A stretch of DNA of 64,000 bases from Dicyema japonicum (taxonomy: Eukaryota; Animalia; Dicyemida): assembly GCA_011109175.1 (NCBI GenBank), contig RDEW01000001.1, positions 2,246,696 to 2,310,695 of the forward strand, in the 5' to 3' direction. Below are positions 1 to 14,119 of the stretch, one piece after another. The notes beneath the pieces were generated by a model. That model saw only the letters and a program-made list of their open reading frames with translations. It did no database searches and was not told where the DNA came from. Made by a program: the position numbers and the translations under genes. The stretch's first letter is position 1. Each line of letters starts with the position of its first letter.

Positions 1-784
1 AGAATTAACAACTCCTCAGTCAAGGGTAGCTGCTCTCAGAATTGAAAACTATTTCCCCCTCACGATAAGTGACCCAATACAATTCAGAAGGTTTAGTGAT
101 CTGCTTCCAATAACTCCAAATGTTTTAAACAGCAACTGGATCAGAAATCAACTTTCAATCGAGACTTTCGAGGTTGATCCTAGGAGTTGATGTTACTGCA
201 AGGTTGAAAGAGAAGCTAACCGGAGAGGCTTGAAAACTTTTTACATCGACCATTATTGCGCATTTCCTTTTATTTATTTTGTCACATCTTTGACATCTGA
301 GAGGTATAGTCTCTTATGTCTTTTTTAAATGCAACGTAGTTCCCTTCTTCATTATGCTTCACCATTCTGCAAAACGGATTCGATAACCTAATTTTACGAT
401 TTTAAGGACCCAATAACTGGTAGGAATGACTGAAAGTAAATAGGAATAGGTTAATCAAAATATAGCTTTTGCTTAACAAAGTTTTTTTGTAATCTTGTAG
501 TCCCTGCATAAAGCATAAACACATTGAAAACACCCAGGTTTCTCAACCTAAAAAAAGAACTACTTTATTCCCTCTTGCAGTTTCATTACGGCGAGTTAAA
601 AGTCAGATCAACTCGGATCACTGTACACTCTCCTCCGACCATCTTAATACTATTTGGAAAATATTTTTCCTGTCTTTGACCTTCCAAGGATACGGGAACA
701 CTCAAAAATTTGGCTGGGCAGTCTTCTAGTTGTCGATAAGACTAGGAAAACTAACTAAAAGTAAACTTACACAAAATGATTATA

Positions 785-1404
785 TTACGTAAAAGTGGTT
801 ATATGACGTCATTTACTCTAGTTACTAATATTATATCAAATTTTCTAAAGTCAGCGAGTGACGAAAAATCCGAAAGAAAATTTGATTTTGCTACTAAGGT
901 ACTACTATACTCATACGTGAGCTAACAATTGGTATTTGTTGCGGTTCCCATATCGATCCATTAATTCAAGCATTTTTAATTACCCCTTATCAGAAACAGA
1001 TTACTACAGAAATTGATTTTGAACTCTGAGACTGAGAGCATAGGCGACAGACATAATTGAAGGAAATCTGGTTTGAAATACTTGGTGAGGGTCCGTTTCG
1101 AGTCTATAGATGTATTTATGAATTCATATCATTAAAATAATGATTTCCGTAATCTCTAAGTCGATTAATCACTAATTGAGCCATTTAAGATAATTCGAAT
1201 TTATTTGCAAAAATCTCTTCCAACAAAAATCCAATATGCCTTGACAATCCACGTGGTCAAGTCCTTTGAATTGCTTGAGAGGCACTATAACAGCAAAGGA
1301 ACAATAAATCAATATAAAATTCAAATTGATACCAACATGGGGGTAAAAATAAACAAATTTGTACAGCAAAATATAAATAAATAAATTCAAAATCGATTAC
1401 GTCA
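785..1404. promoter_or_regulatory. Cluster of ACGT-core motifs upstream of the PPP1R3-like gene
   Basis: TTACGTAA 785-792, perfect CRE TGACGTCA 804-811, E-box CACGTG 1250-1255, TTACGTCA 1397-1404. Function is inference. Confidence 0.3.
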
Positions 1405-1463
1405 TCTACGGGCATGTAAGTCAGATCTTAATTAAGTAAAATGTATAGTTTAAGCCGCTAGTT

Positions 1464-2245
1464 ATGATCAGAATCAACTCGACAGGAGCAATATTGTCAT
1501 GCAGCATAGAAAACGTCTTCCTGAAGGAAAGAGTGGACAATTTCAAGGAAATTCTTCCACAACGGTCAAGAAGGAGTTCTTCGTGCGACGACATTCACGT
1601 CTTTGGGGCTAAAAAGCCCTCGCTCCCCATAATTGATACCTCAGATCAACCACACGGGAAAAGTGCAGAATCTAATCCAGATCAGGAAAAGACATTAATT
1701 AAAATCAAAACTCCAAATAAAAAGAAGAAAGTCAGCTTTGGAAATCCAATGTATGTCGAAATATACTACAAAGAGAGTGACTTGTTTTCTGGAAGTCAAC
1801 CCACCGAGAGTTTATTCAAATCCTACAAAAAGGTCTCTGCCTTGCAAGTAAAGATCTGTTTTCCTATGCCAATGTCGAACTTCCTCCAATTCAAATATTT
1901 ACTCGAAAAAAACAAAATCTGTCTTAAAACAGTTAATGTTGCAGGAAATAATGTTTACGGAACCGCCAGAGTGTGTAATCTGGCCTTTCAAAACAAGTCA
2001 AGGTTCGGATGGACAAACACCGACTGGGAAGGATTTCAAAGACCTTCCTTGTTGCTACAGAGAACCAGAACCTGGTGAATATAACAGCAAATATGATGAC
2101 TTTAGCTTCAGCTTCAACATCTCCCCAACCAAGGACAACAGAATTCTGTTTATTTGCCAAAATGAGGGAAACTGAATTTTGGGATAACAACGAAAACTCA
2201 AACTACCGACTTATTTGCTCCAAACAGCCTCACCTTAACAATTAA
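1464..2245 (+). CDS. Protein phosphatase 1 glycogen-targeting subunit (PPP1R3-like, CBM21); intronless, several 1-nt frameshifts after ~1990
   Basis: RVxF motif KKKVSF; CBM21 motifs VYGTARVCNLAF, WKDFKDLPC, DDFSFSF and EFWDNNENSNY are spread over three frames (ORFs 1464, 1936, 2009). Confidence 0.85.
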
Positions 2246-2280
2246 CCTAACTGAAAGACTATTTCATAATTTCTTTTTAT

Positions 2281-2640
2281 TTATTTAGAACCCCGGGATC
2301 ATAAAGAAAAACAGAAAAAATCAGACAGTCAGGTAATCCCAGTTCCCGCAATCAATCGAGCCATCCAACGTCCGTGGTATTTCATTCTTCTCACTACCGT
2401 ACGAAAGAGCCTTCTCTCATCCCTCCAGAGGAATCCGATTGGGGAAGGGAACTAACCAATCGACTTTCTTTTGTCTTGGAAAAGGACAGGCCAAGTGGGT
2501 TTCCATCCTCCCACAGACCCGAAGGATAAATTCCTAGTATTTCTATGATAGAAAAGCTGACTATTATTGACAGTAAGCTCAACAATCAACTTGTACATCT
2601 GTCTATAGACTCCTTTACTGATAATCCTGTTGATTAATAC
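2281..2640 (-). mobile_element. 3' fragment of Jockey/I-like LINE
   Basis: Terminus similar to 37560-37660; ORF ends ..GTGIT*, then TGATCCCGGGGTT and a (TAAA)n tail. Confidence 0.7.
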
Positions 2641-2929
2641 GGATTTATTCCTCTCAATAGCTAATTCAATATTTGCGTAATCATTATGGAAGAAAGATCA
2701 TGCCTTGACATCTTCGATTTACAGATGAAATGACCTGAGTCATAATATAAGTGGAATCAACATTACTACATAATTGGCCAGCAGATACAAAATGACGTAA
2801 GCTAGTTAAAATTTGTATAAATTTATTCAATTACTAATAAATAAACCAATTTGTCCCTTAATTACATACTAACTCAATTTGAAATTAACTTTAGCTTCAT
2901 AACTTTCGTAGACAGAACCTTTCACGGAA

Positions 2930-5795
2930 ATTAATGACCGTCAAAACATACGAGAACCCCCTTCACCAACTAACTTCTCCAGACATCACGCTTTGTTCTC
3001 CCGGCCTGGCGGTAATATCGACTTGGTCAGTTACTTAAAACTCAAGAAGTGACCATAATGCAGAGTTGTTAGATTTAAATCATTTGATTTTGATCAACAA
3101 AAAAATCATTTAAATTTTTTTAATGTTGGAAGAAAGCGTGATGCCTTGTGGGTTCACTTCGATAAACGTATTATTCCTGGAAAGATCGGGACTCGAGCCA
3201 GATGTCGTAATTGCTGGAAGGAGGTACAAGGTCTCGGATGAGGCAGCATCATTTGTTATGTCGAACTAATATTGATATTCCTGAAAATCCGTCGAAACCT
3301 GAAAGTGATTTGATCAGCGAATTCCTCCCAAGAATGAGGGACCAGTCTTTAAACAATTTCGTTACTGCGACGACGTCATCGAAGAAAAATTTTATTGATA
3401 TGCAACTCGCTAGATACATATATTCCAGTAACACTCCTTTTGCTGCTGTAGAACATCCGGAATTTGTCAAATTCGTCCAAATGCTTCTTCTTGGGTATCG
3501 TTGAACCCCTCGTCATCAAATTGGTGGTCCATTGCTCGATCGTATGTATGACCAAATACATGAAGACTCTCTGCAAAGACTCCAGGACAAAACAGTGTCT
3601 ATGATGTTGGACGGGTGGAGCAACATTCATAATGAACCTGTTATTTGTGTGTCAGTTGTAACATCGGATGGAAATTGACACTGTGGACACCTCTGGATAT
3701 AGCCACACCGCGGAGTATCTTCAATCTATTGCTTTAGCCTCTGCAAAGTCCGCAACGGTTTGGATGTAAAATCGGGAGTCTTGTAACGGACAATGCTGCC
3801 AACATGACTAAAATGAGGCGGATAATGATGCAAGATGACGATGAAATTATACATATGGTTACTCGGCACATTATCTCAACCTTCTCTCAAAGGATGTCGA
3901 AGTAGCTGACGTTAAAGAAACCATCGTAAGAATAAATAAATACTTTCGAAACGTCAATCTTCCAGCGGCATGGTACAAATCTGCTGGGAGAAAAAAACTT
4001 GTTCTTTCGATTGATGTTCGCTGGAACACTTTATCAGACTGTTTTCAATCCTATCTGGATAATTGGTCTATAATTTTGAGAATTTGTGAGGAACACAGAT
4101 CGAATATTGGAGATTGCTTCCAAAGTACAAAATATTTGCCTAAAACGACGCGTTGAAAAATATTTGAGGCTGATTAAACCAATTGCTGTCGTTTTAGACA
4201 AAATTCAAAATGATTCTACGACGATTAGTCATGCTGTAGAATTTTGGAAACTTGAACAGACTTATATTGACTATGAATGTACGACTATTTTAGAAAAAGT
4301 GAAAACTCGAGCAGATCAACATTAACACCTTTCCACTTACTTGCGAATCTAATGGACCCAAAATGTTGTGGGAAATCTCTTTCAACTGTAGAGATTGACC
4401 TCGCTTTGGAGTATTGTGCTGAACATTATGAATATGCTCTCCCGACTCTGATTAATTTCAGAGCAAAAGCTGATTTATTCAAACTATACATATTCGCTCC
4501 GAATTTATTGAGCAAAGTATCACCTATAGCTTGGTGGGAGTAGAACTCTTACCAGTTACCTTCTGAAGTAATTTTACTCTGCAAAAAAATTCTTGGAGCA
4601 GTTGCTTCCATAGGTAAAATAGAACGAATTTTTTCGACTTTTGGATTCTTACATCAAATGTACGAAATAGGCTGGGAATTGAAAAAGCTGCCAAACTTGT
4701 CTTTGTTTACAAGCTTTTAAATAATAAATACGATTTCGATTTTTTTTATTTTACTTTGTTTCCGAATAAAAATCATCTAATTCAAAAAATCTGATTTAAA
4801 TAAAAAATCCTGTTTAAATCAAAAAAATCAGATTTTTTCGATTTTTTTCCTAAAAATCATGATTTTTAACAACCCTGCCATAATGCGACCCTTTAGTAGA
4901 TCAAGAGAGAAACGTAAACTAGGAGGAGGTCCCCAGAACAATTCAACTACAAACGCGCAGACTGGAAACTTTACCGTACACATACTGACAACCTACTGCA
5001 GTACCTGGATGGCATTACTTTCATGGACAAAATAGTCGCTTATGTAAACCACACTATCTTGGATGCGAGATCACTATCTGTACTTAAACACCACCTTTAC
5101 TACACCAGGGGATATGGCAGGTCGGCATTAACCAAGGAAAGAAGCGAACTCAAAAAGTCTGGCAGATTAACTACTGAGGATAAGTTTAGGCTGAAGGCTT
5201 TGAACTAAAAAACAGGGAGGTAAAAGCACAAATATCTAGATGGAAGCATGTGTTCTCCTCGTTGAATAGAAATAGACCCACTACTGAAATTTGGAAGACC
5301 ATCCGAGACTCCTCAAGAAAGCATGAAAGATCGTCCGAGGAGGATCACAGCCAAAAGGACTTAAACAACCTAATAAAATACTATGTGAAAATGTCCCATA
5401 ATAGAGATCATAAGTCGGATGTATCCCCGAAATATCTCAGTAAACCGAAAAAGGAACCGGATACGATTCACTTCACTGAAAACGACGTGAGATATGCATT
5501 GAAGCCATTAAAACAACCTATTCTAACGGACCGGATAAAATCCCAATGATCCTCGTAAAGAATCTGGGAGCCTATGGAATCGGTGCATTAACGAGGATAT
5601 TCAACCACTCTATTAACAAAAATTATATTCCATCCTTGCCCACCTACATCCAATTTGGAAACCCGGTAAAGTGAAAAGGGACCCAGCTTCATACAGATCG
5701 GTCGCGTTATTGTGTTCGGTGTCGAAAATTCTGGAAAGGCTGGTTCTTGCGAAAATCACAAATTTCCTACCAGACTGCCCAGCGCAAACAGCCAT
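2930..5795 (+). mobile_element. Degraded Jockey/I-like LINE ORF2 fragment interrupted by a hAT
   Basis: SPDITLCSPG..SDHN (APE end) before 3060; PIWKPGK..DPASYRSVALLCSVSKILERLV (RT start) at ~5650-5750. Confidence 0.75.
3061..4877 (+). mobile_element. hAT DNA transposon, defective (BED finger, DUF659-like, hATC)
   Basis: TIRs CAGAGTTGTTA / TAACAACCCTG; perfect 8-bp TSD CCATAATG (3053-3060, 4878-4885); motifs LDGWSN, VTDNAANM, RWNT, ERIFS. Confidence 0.92.
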
Positions 5796-6349
5796 AACTA
5801 ATTAATCCAAGGAGAACATTGCTTTTGCCAACCAAATCCATCTTACAATAGTACATTACAGGCTTCCGAAGAGAGGTGGAGAGGTAGGTCCGCTCTCTTC
5901 CATTTTCGTAGCACTTTTTACCGTAGCGGAGATCACTTCATTCTTCGGTGGAATAGTTTTCATAATGTAATCTTCACCAGAGGATTTGGTCAACAGGATG
6001 GTAGAAAGATCCCTTTCAACAACTGTGTCGAACCAGAAGGACTAGTCTCCTCACGGGTGGGATCTGTTTGACAAGAATTGACCTTCGCTGAAAAATCCAT
6101 CTTCGAATTCACGACCTTCAGATCCGATGTCATCAAACGTTGCGTTTATCCAGAAGGCACTCTCCCCAAATGGGATTGAATTGTCTTCAAGAACTGAGAA
6201 TATTTGTTAAAACAGCAAAATTAACTTTAGAAGAATATCTTATTAATTTCTTGGAACCTCGTATTCATTTGTTCACCCACAGTCCTTTTATGTGAAGGAG
6301 ACCGGTGGTTAACAGAAAACTACCTAGAACCTACTTTGATCAGTTAGAT

Positions 6350-7000
6350 GCACTCACGTGCCGCAAAAATCGAAAACAAACAATAAAAAGGGGCGACTCG
6401 TCTTAAGGCTGTCTAGAAGACAAAAGTGGTATAATGACGAAAAGGATCGCCAGATTATGTTCGCAAGTCTTGTATAACATTATATTAACATCAATATCTG
6501 GGGGTAGAAAAGCATCGCTAACAAGAATTGAATATTTGTTGATTTAAGCAAAAAGTTATATGACTACATACTACTTTCACGAGAATCATTTGCTGAGGTG
6601 AAAATATTTCGAATGCTTGTGAGTATTCCAAATCAATTCATCATAATCGGGAGAAAATTGAAAACAATGGCCGATCGAAAACCTGCAAGGGAGCTAAATA
6701 AAAGAAATTTGTAGGAAATATAAAAAGAAAGACGACACAAGCAAAACCCTACCTATGAGACTAGCGGGAGTGCTTTTAATTAATAACTGAATCTCGCAAA
6801 TCAAATATTGGTTATTCCTCAGAACAACAACATGGAAAAATGTTTACACCTACATATCTGCCGTCAATATGGAATAAAAAAATCTAAGAAACTGAAAACC
6901 CATTCAGTACAATCTGTTGTTGCAAATAAATTTGTGGAGATTCGTGTGGACACGACAATCAGTACGGATACCGCACAGATTTTGATAATTAATGTAAGTA
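6350..7000 (+). mobile_element. Remnant of RLE-type (R4/Dong-like) non-LTR retrotransposon, C-terminal part
   Basis: KCLHLHICRQYGIKK..HSVQSVVANKFVEIRVDT resembles the segment between the CCHC finger and the RLE domain; boundaries approximate. Confidence 0.55.
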
Positions 7001-8130
7001 CAGTCGACCTCGTTTAAGAAAATTCAAACTGCTGAGAAAACCTCTTTTTTGAGAAAACCTCGATTTTGGAGATATTTTATCATTTTAATAATGAATTTTT
7101 TTAGTAGTAAACCCCAAATGGGGAAAATTAGTAACGAAATATTAATATTCAATCTTGTAAATGATGCCACAATTCTTAATATTTAAATTTTTATATGAAG
7201 GGGTATGACCAGGAAGTTAAATCCAAATGGAAAACTATAATATGTATAAATATGCATTTATTACCTCTACAAGATTCAAATTAAGCTAAATTATAACCGG
7301 CTTTATATATCTACTGAAAAATCCTCTTCGTCCTTATTTACTTCAGACAAACGACTTGGACAAATGACAATGGATATATTTATCAACCAAACAAAAATAC
7401 CTTTCACGAAGAAACTGAAAATCTTGGTGATCACCTTCGACACACAGAGCCCTTTTTTATCTCACGTCGACGGCAAAATCTTCGTTTTCCTTCTTCTAGT
7501 AAGTACTGAAATGATGGACTCAGGAGATGAAAACTCGACCTGATGAACAAAGGGAGGAGTGTAATACATGAAATATGGGGATTCAAAACCCGTCCGAAAA
7601 AATTTAAAAAGAAGAGAATCAACGAGGTTTCGATTTTCTAATTTATTAGTTACCTCCTTAAGCGCTATCTCCTCGGCAATATCAACGAAACAGACTGAAA
7701 TGGAGACTACACTAAAATGTGTGAACAATGATAATAGAATATACTTGAGTGTAAAATTATATTGAATTGTCAGTGGTGGCGATATTTTTGTTTATAAATT
7801 AATGTAGCGTATAAAATTACAATATGAGAATTATGACCACTGAAATGCTCAACATGGATAAACCAGAGTATGTCAATCAGAGAGTAATTGACGAAATTGT
7901 AGAGGTTTTATGGTATTTGGCCAGAGACTTTGATAAAACAATGTTAGAGGAGGTTATGATTTTGTACATTTTAGAAAACTCGCAACAAAAGAAACAAAGA
8001 AATGATAATATTTGTGATTCTTTTTGTTATTTACTTATTCTTCTCAGGTTATATAATTTTTTAATTTTGTTTTTCTTAAATTTGACAGATTGCTCTTTAT
8101 AAATTATCTTTATTTTTAATAAAAAACATG
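7001..8130 (+). mobile_element. pogo/Tigger-like remnant
   Basis: TA|CAGTCGACCTCG terminus; degenerate C-terminal-like ORF 7824-8102; right end not found. Confidence 0.4.
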
Positions 8131-8323
8131 ATTCTGTTTAATTAAGTGAATGAAAAGGCGAATCATATGACTATTTTCTTAAATTGTAAGCGAAACTTGC
8201 TCGAAAAGCCAGCGGCGCTAAGGAAGATCGTCTGACTCGCAAGTCGATTAGAAAATTCCAGCGTCGGATTTTGACAAAATTACTCATTTTCTGTTAGTCG
8301 TTATTTTTAAGCACAAAAGTTAC

Positions 8324-8398
8324 GATTGAGATGAGAATAATATGAGAAATGCGATATTAGCCTAAAAGATTGAGATGAGAATAATATGAGAAATGCGA
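8324..8398. repeat. 31-bp direct repeat (2 copies)
   Basis: GATTGAGATGAGAATAATATGAGAAATGCGA at 8324-8354 and 8368-8398. Confidence 0.9.
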
Positions 8399-9419
8399 GT
8401 TAATAAATAATATTTTATTGTTAATAAATTTTTGATTTAAAAAAAAGAAAAAAAATCCTAAAAGATTATATTCTTGTGGTGACGTATGTGTTTGTTTCTA
8501 CTGAACCATGTGAAACGAGCTATTTACAAAGGAACCCGGTAGAGAAACCATCAATAACATACACATAATGGTCCATGGCTGTGTAGAACACAACAATTTG
8601 TTATACAACCTCCTAATCTTGCGTCACAGTAGAATTGTCGTTCAACTGTAAAATCGAATGTCATCAGACGTTCAGCCAAAAGGCTTAAAATTCTAGTAAA
8701 TAACGAAAAAACTCGTCATAAAATTAAAGACTAACTTATGTTTTTTTCATAAATTTATTTCTTTAAAATAAATCCCCCAAACAATGATGCTCCCTACCCC
8801 TGGGAAGTTCGTGCGCTTCTTAAAAAATTATATGAACAAAATCTGTTTCATCGATGTGTCCTCATGTCTTTAGACGACCACAAGACAGGCCATTTCTTCT
8901 ATTGTAATCCTTCGATTTTTATGCCAATACATCCTATGGCGCAGTGTGACGGTTGCCGGGCAAGAGGTCTGAAGGTCGCTAGTTCGAATCACGCATCAAT
9001 ATGCTTTTGCTTGACGAGTGACTCCGTCATCAGTGAACTTCACTGCGAAACCGGATTGTCTATAAAGGACTTACACCCAAGAAAAAGAAAACAAGGAAGT
9101 GAAGATCATTCCTTGATCCTCCCTTGATTAGATATTATTTATGTTCTTTGCATAAAATAAAGTGTGTGTGTTACCTGTGGGGAGCTATGACTGATATGGC
9201 TCCTCGGAAAGTGCGAATATTATTATTAAATACATCCTATGATCTCAAAGAGCATACATTTTCGGTTTTCATGTGGGTCATCTGCCCGTGGATGGAACTG
9301 AATACATTTATATCAACAGGACCAAACTATCTTTTTTTAATCAAACTTCTTAATATTTTGATTGCTAGAGGCTACGAGACGAGCACAAAACTACAAGGAA
9401 GAGCATTTTGGAAGCTACT

Positions 9420-10000
9420 TTTCTGTTAGCAACCGTTCTTCTCATTAAAAATAGCGAAATAGCTATTTCAACAGAGGCAGAATTGCAGTAAAACTTCTAA
9501 GATTTGAACAGACAGATGATGGGAGACTTATTCGAATATTGTAGTATTCCCAAAATCCCAGTCATTTGAAGTTTTTTTGGAAATATATCTATTGACTTTA
9601 CAAAGATCTGTTTTGAAATGACCTTGTAGTAGATCCAAAATGCTTCTTCCATTAATAATCTAAAGTCTGTCAGCCCAAATAATTAGCTGCAATAGTAAAT
9701 TGATTTTTTGCCTAAAATAATTTTTAATCCTTAGTTTATTTATAATAATTCTGTTGCATCTAAATTCTGGAACAATCCAAACTATTTCAGGAAGATCCAA
9801 ATATTAATATTTTGCTGCGGTTAGCCAACTACCCCTTCTCGTGACAACCTCGTCAGGTGGTCCAATTATAGGAAAGAATTATTTTTTTCTTTTGTTTTGT
9901 ACAATCGAGACCTTTATTACCGATATTAATCCGTCAACATCTCCATAATGTGATTTATCTTTAAAGCACAATTGTGCAATAAATACACATTTCACAATAA
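9420..10000 (-). mobile_element. hAT-superfamily transposase remnant
   Basis: Minus-strand translation across frameshifts: LLHNCALK..DVDGLISVIK..PPDEVVTRRGSWLTAA..CNSASVE. Confidence 0.6.
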
Positions 10001-10362
10001 AAAAATAAACCAAAAGTCAAAATTAAACTATTTAAAATTGATTGGCTGTATTAATTTATTCTCTTTCGTTTTGAGCCATTCCTTAGCTCTCTAACTCCAA
10101 TCTCTTGGTCACCATCACCTATCTGATCTTCACTCCAGCATTGCTGTTCCATGGGCACGGTTCCGTCATCCTCAACTTGTTGTAGAGACTTTCGATGTAG
10201 GAAAATGCATGACCTCACTAAACATCACTCTTTTGAAAGTTCATCCCATGTCGGTGCTCCACTAACATTCTTTCAAGAGTTTTCTTTAACACAATAGATT
10301 GAATATATGCCCTCGGAATTATATCCAGAAAATAGATTACCATAAGCAGAATTAATTCACTA

Positions 10363-13213
10363 CAGTAGTGACACATTTATAAAAAATTATATGGGACGGG
10401 ACAAAATGTATAAATGGGACACTTTAACCAATTTATTAACAATTGTCAATATTTGCATTTTTTGTAGTAAATTTAAATAAATTATTTAACAATTTTAAAT
10501 ATATTGCTAATATATGGGACAATTTTTAAAGAATTAAATCAATATTTTTTGTTATTATGTCGCGAGCGCTACTTGCAACTATGCGCTACCTGCAATATCG
10601 ATTTTTTGAATTTTTTGAATTTTTTTTGAATCTATGAAAATTGTTCTTTTGGATTAAAATTCTAATTTTTTAGTAATATAAAATATTAATTTTAATGTAT
10701 AAATTAATATAAACTATTAATTCTAATTTGAATTGTTTGTCACGCTTGTCCACGTTGTTGTGGTGCTTCGTTTGTGCTAATGCTTAGTCCATATTATTTT
10801 TGTATTGTCTTACATTTTCTTCATTAATATATTAGTGGATTCATCAAATAGAGTTGAAAGGCTGTTATCAAAATGTCTAATATATATTTTGTATTTTGGT
10901 ATCCTTTAAATATGGATTATTCTTCACTATTTGATTTGTCCCTATTTATATTCTCTCCTCTATATTTCTCTCCAGACTATTTGCTTTTCAAGAGTCTTCC
11001 TTGTTTTTTATCAGATTGTTTATAATGTGGTATTCTTTTGAATAACAGTTTTATCATGCGGATTCCAATATTACCATTCCAGTAGGAGATTGCTTTGACT
11101 TAATAAAAACGATATTTATATTTCATTCAGAGCACTTCCACGAATTCTTGTGATATTGTCTGTACGAAAACTTCTGACCTGCCCCTTCTGACTTGTGAGA
11201 CATGTCTTTTTGCCAGAAGTCTTAAGGAATATGAAGAAAATCATATAATAGCAACTCGGCCCAATGAGAGAGTTCAAATAGATTTAATCGATCTTAAAAG
11301 GTATAAATTTTTTATATTCTTTAGGTTTAGCGAGCATAATGATGGTTATTCGTGGCTTTTAACGGCTATTGATATTTATTCAAAATATGCTGTTACAAAA
11401 GCTTAAAGAAAAAAAGTGATATTTATTCAAAAAGAAAGATTCAATCAGATAATCACTCGAACTTTGTCGAAGATGTTGTTTGATGATCCAAATAAATGTT
11501 GGAAAACAGATTAAAAAAGCTGTCCAATTGTATAATCTTAGTTATCATAGTTCAACAGGTTATATGGCCTTATATATAAATTATGTGACAATCCGTTTCG
11601 TGGATGTTCATTGCTCAAAATACTCATTCGAGAAAGGAGATGAGGTTAGCTAATTACATTGACAATATAGGTTTGCGTAAAAAAAGACCATGGGACAAAT
11701 CCCTCTCTAAAGTTAGGGAAATTTGAATTTCCCTACAGTGAAAAAGTGAAAGTCGTAGATATATTGTCTAACAAGCGAATGACACTTCAATCAAATGAGG
11801 GACATAGCGAGATCTTCCACACGAGTCGCGTTAAAAAGCTTAAAAAGAAGTGACTTACCTTTTCTTATAAATAAAATATTTTTTTTGAATTTTTTGTCTT
11901 AACTGAGTACAATCGTATAACCCGGAATTTTTAATAGTTTAAAATATTGAAAAATGAAGAGTTTTATCGATGAAATTAATTTTTAAATTATTTATAATGC
12001 TTATCAGTATTATTAATAGTAAGATAATTTAAGAATTTAAAAAATAAATTCAATTTTATATTTTTTAAAGCATAACATAAATCTATATATAATTTTAGTT
12101 TCATGTTTTTTTGAGTAAAACTGGTTTCTTTAAAATGGTTCGACTTGTGAGTGTCTTAATACTACTCGTTTAATTTCGAGCAAAAAAAATCGATATTGCA
12201 AGTAGCGCATAGTTGCAAGTAGCGCTCGCGACATATTAACCTTATGACGTCAAACAAGAGAAATGAACTTGATTTTAATACCAAAAACAAGATTGCTGAG
12301 GAATCATAGAACAAAAAAGTTCTTATAGAGTAATTCCCCAACGATATGGAACTAACAAACAGTCGTGGGAAGAATAGCTAAGAATTTAGACGAAATATAC
12401 AAATTTCGATAACGGCGATAATAACAGGCGAATATACAAATCCGGACAAAATATATTCCAAGATTTGGTTCTTTGAACGAATATTTGATTGGGGCCATTT
12501 CAAAATTAAGATCGCTGATGTGGCTCTCAGCTATTTTAACATTAAAGTTCTCGCACTTAAACATTATGATAATTCACTCAAGGGTGGAAAACAGTGGTTT
12601 TCATCATTCAAATGTCATAATATGAAATATAAACGGTCATATGGAGAAGCTGCAAGTGCTGAATCTGCATCATATTTGCAGAATCATTTTGTCTAAATCG
12701 TGTCTATTCTCCAGAAAATATTTATAACTGTGATGAGACATGCATTTATTTGAGAGGGCAACACAGCTATTCGTATGTACTACAGTCATCAAATGCAATG
12801 AAAAAAGACAGTGAAAAAATTAGAACATTGTTTTGTTGTTCAATGAATGAGAATTTTGCAATCCATTATTTATTGGTAAAAATCCTCGGTGCTTTAAGCA
12901 ATATGATTTTAAAGCAAACATTATTAAATATGTTGCAAATAAGACAGCTTGGTTAACGAAAGAATTATTAAAGTAATTAAAAGTAAATACAAAGCTCAAC
13001 TTTCTTAAAAATTTGGTGTATGAATACGATAGTGATCTATTTGTTCATTTGATGAGGTTTGAATCCAAATTAAATAAAGCTTCAATTAATAAAGGAAAAA
13101 GTGATATTAGAGTATATTTGAAATAAATTTGTTGATTAAAAAAATTTAAATATTACATGGGTCGATTGTTTAAACATACCCCTTTTTTGTCCCATATAAA
13201 CGTGTCACCACTG
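10363..13213 (+). mobile_element. Tigger/pogo DNA transposon, decayed, hosting a Ginger insertion
   Basis: TA-flanked TIRs CAGTAGTGACACATTTATA / TATAAACGTGTCACCACTG; YGEAASA and YSPENIYNCDET motifs. Confidence 0.85.
10558..12233 (+). mobile_element. Ginger-type integrase-encoding DNA transposon, defective
   Basis: ~50-bp TIRs starting TGT and ending ACA (1 mismatch); 5-bp TSD TATTA; rve-like HIIATRPNERVQIDLIDLK..DGYSWLLTAIDIYSKY. Confidence 0.85.
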
Positions 13214-14119
13214 TATATAGATCGTCTTGGAAAGGCAGCATTCCCCATAAGGAAATTATGTATGTAAAAATATCTGATTTTCTCATTCCATTTACCGACG
13301 CTAGGATCAATGAGGTCACTAGTGCTCACTCGAATATGATTTTCATTAAAGTATTGGATATCGTTTTCTATGCAAAAAACCAAAAAATAATTCTGGTCAG
13401 AATGAGGAGTTGTCTTGAAGTTGTTAAAAATTATTGTAAATTTTTAAAGTAAAAAATAACTATAATTTTTTATAAAAATAGAATTTTAATCAAAATATGC
13501 TTGGAAGTAATCTATTAAAAATAAAATACTGAGCAATTTATCAACTATATAATGTCAATATTGGATTATGAATCGATAAGGATGACAGGAAAAACCTTCT
13601 TCACTGTTAAAGACGCAGAATATTCAAAATTGTATTTCAGTAACGATTTATGCGGGATTAAGAAGTATCTGGAATCTATATTTTCTGTTAATAAATTTTT
13701 TATTACAAAAATAGAAAAAACAACATACTTCTTGATGCACATACGACTATTTGAAAAAATCTCATTCCACATTATTATTAAAGGTTATTATTATTGTAAA
13801 ATTATTATCTTAAGACCGAAATGTAACCTGAAAACGTTTTGAATTACAGTATTCTATATTTTAATAAAGTTCTTGATTAGTTTTTTTCATATTTGAAAAA
13901 AAATTTTCTATAAAAAATTGTAATAAGGTCAAAATTTTGAGATTTTAAAGTCAAAAAAGTCAATTTTAGGTCAAAATTTCGAATTTATGAGTCAAATAAA
14001 AATCGCCCTAATTATTACCTAATGATTTTCCTCAAAAGTTCACATCATAGCTTTTTATTTAAGAACAAATTCCAGAGTTAGTTTTTGTCCAATTTAAAAA
14101 GGAACTTTCTAGCTTAGCA

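Noticed and set aside
1985-2175. Programmed frameshifting or RNA editing in the PPP1R3-like gene (and GCN1 ~30345)
   Set aside because: Shifts are 1-nt indels mostly at short homopolymers in several genes; assembly error is more likely. Needs read polishing to confirm.
13230-14110. ORFs 13258 and 13552 as a gene or bounded transposon
   Set aside because: No recognisable motif, TIR pair or splice model; left unassigned, as are 1-780, 5820-6300 and 16700-17400.
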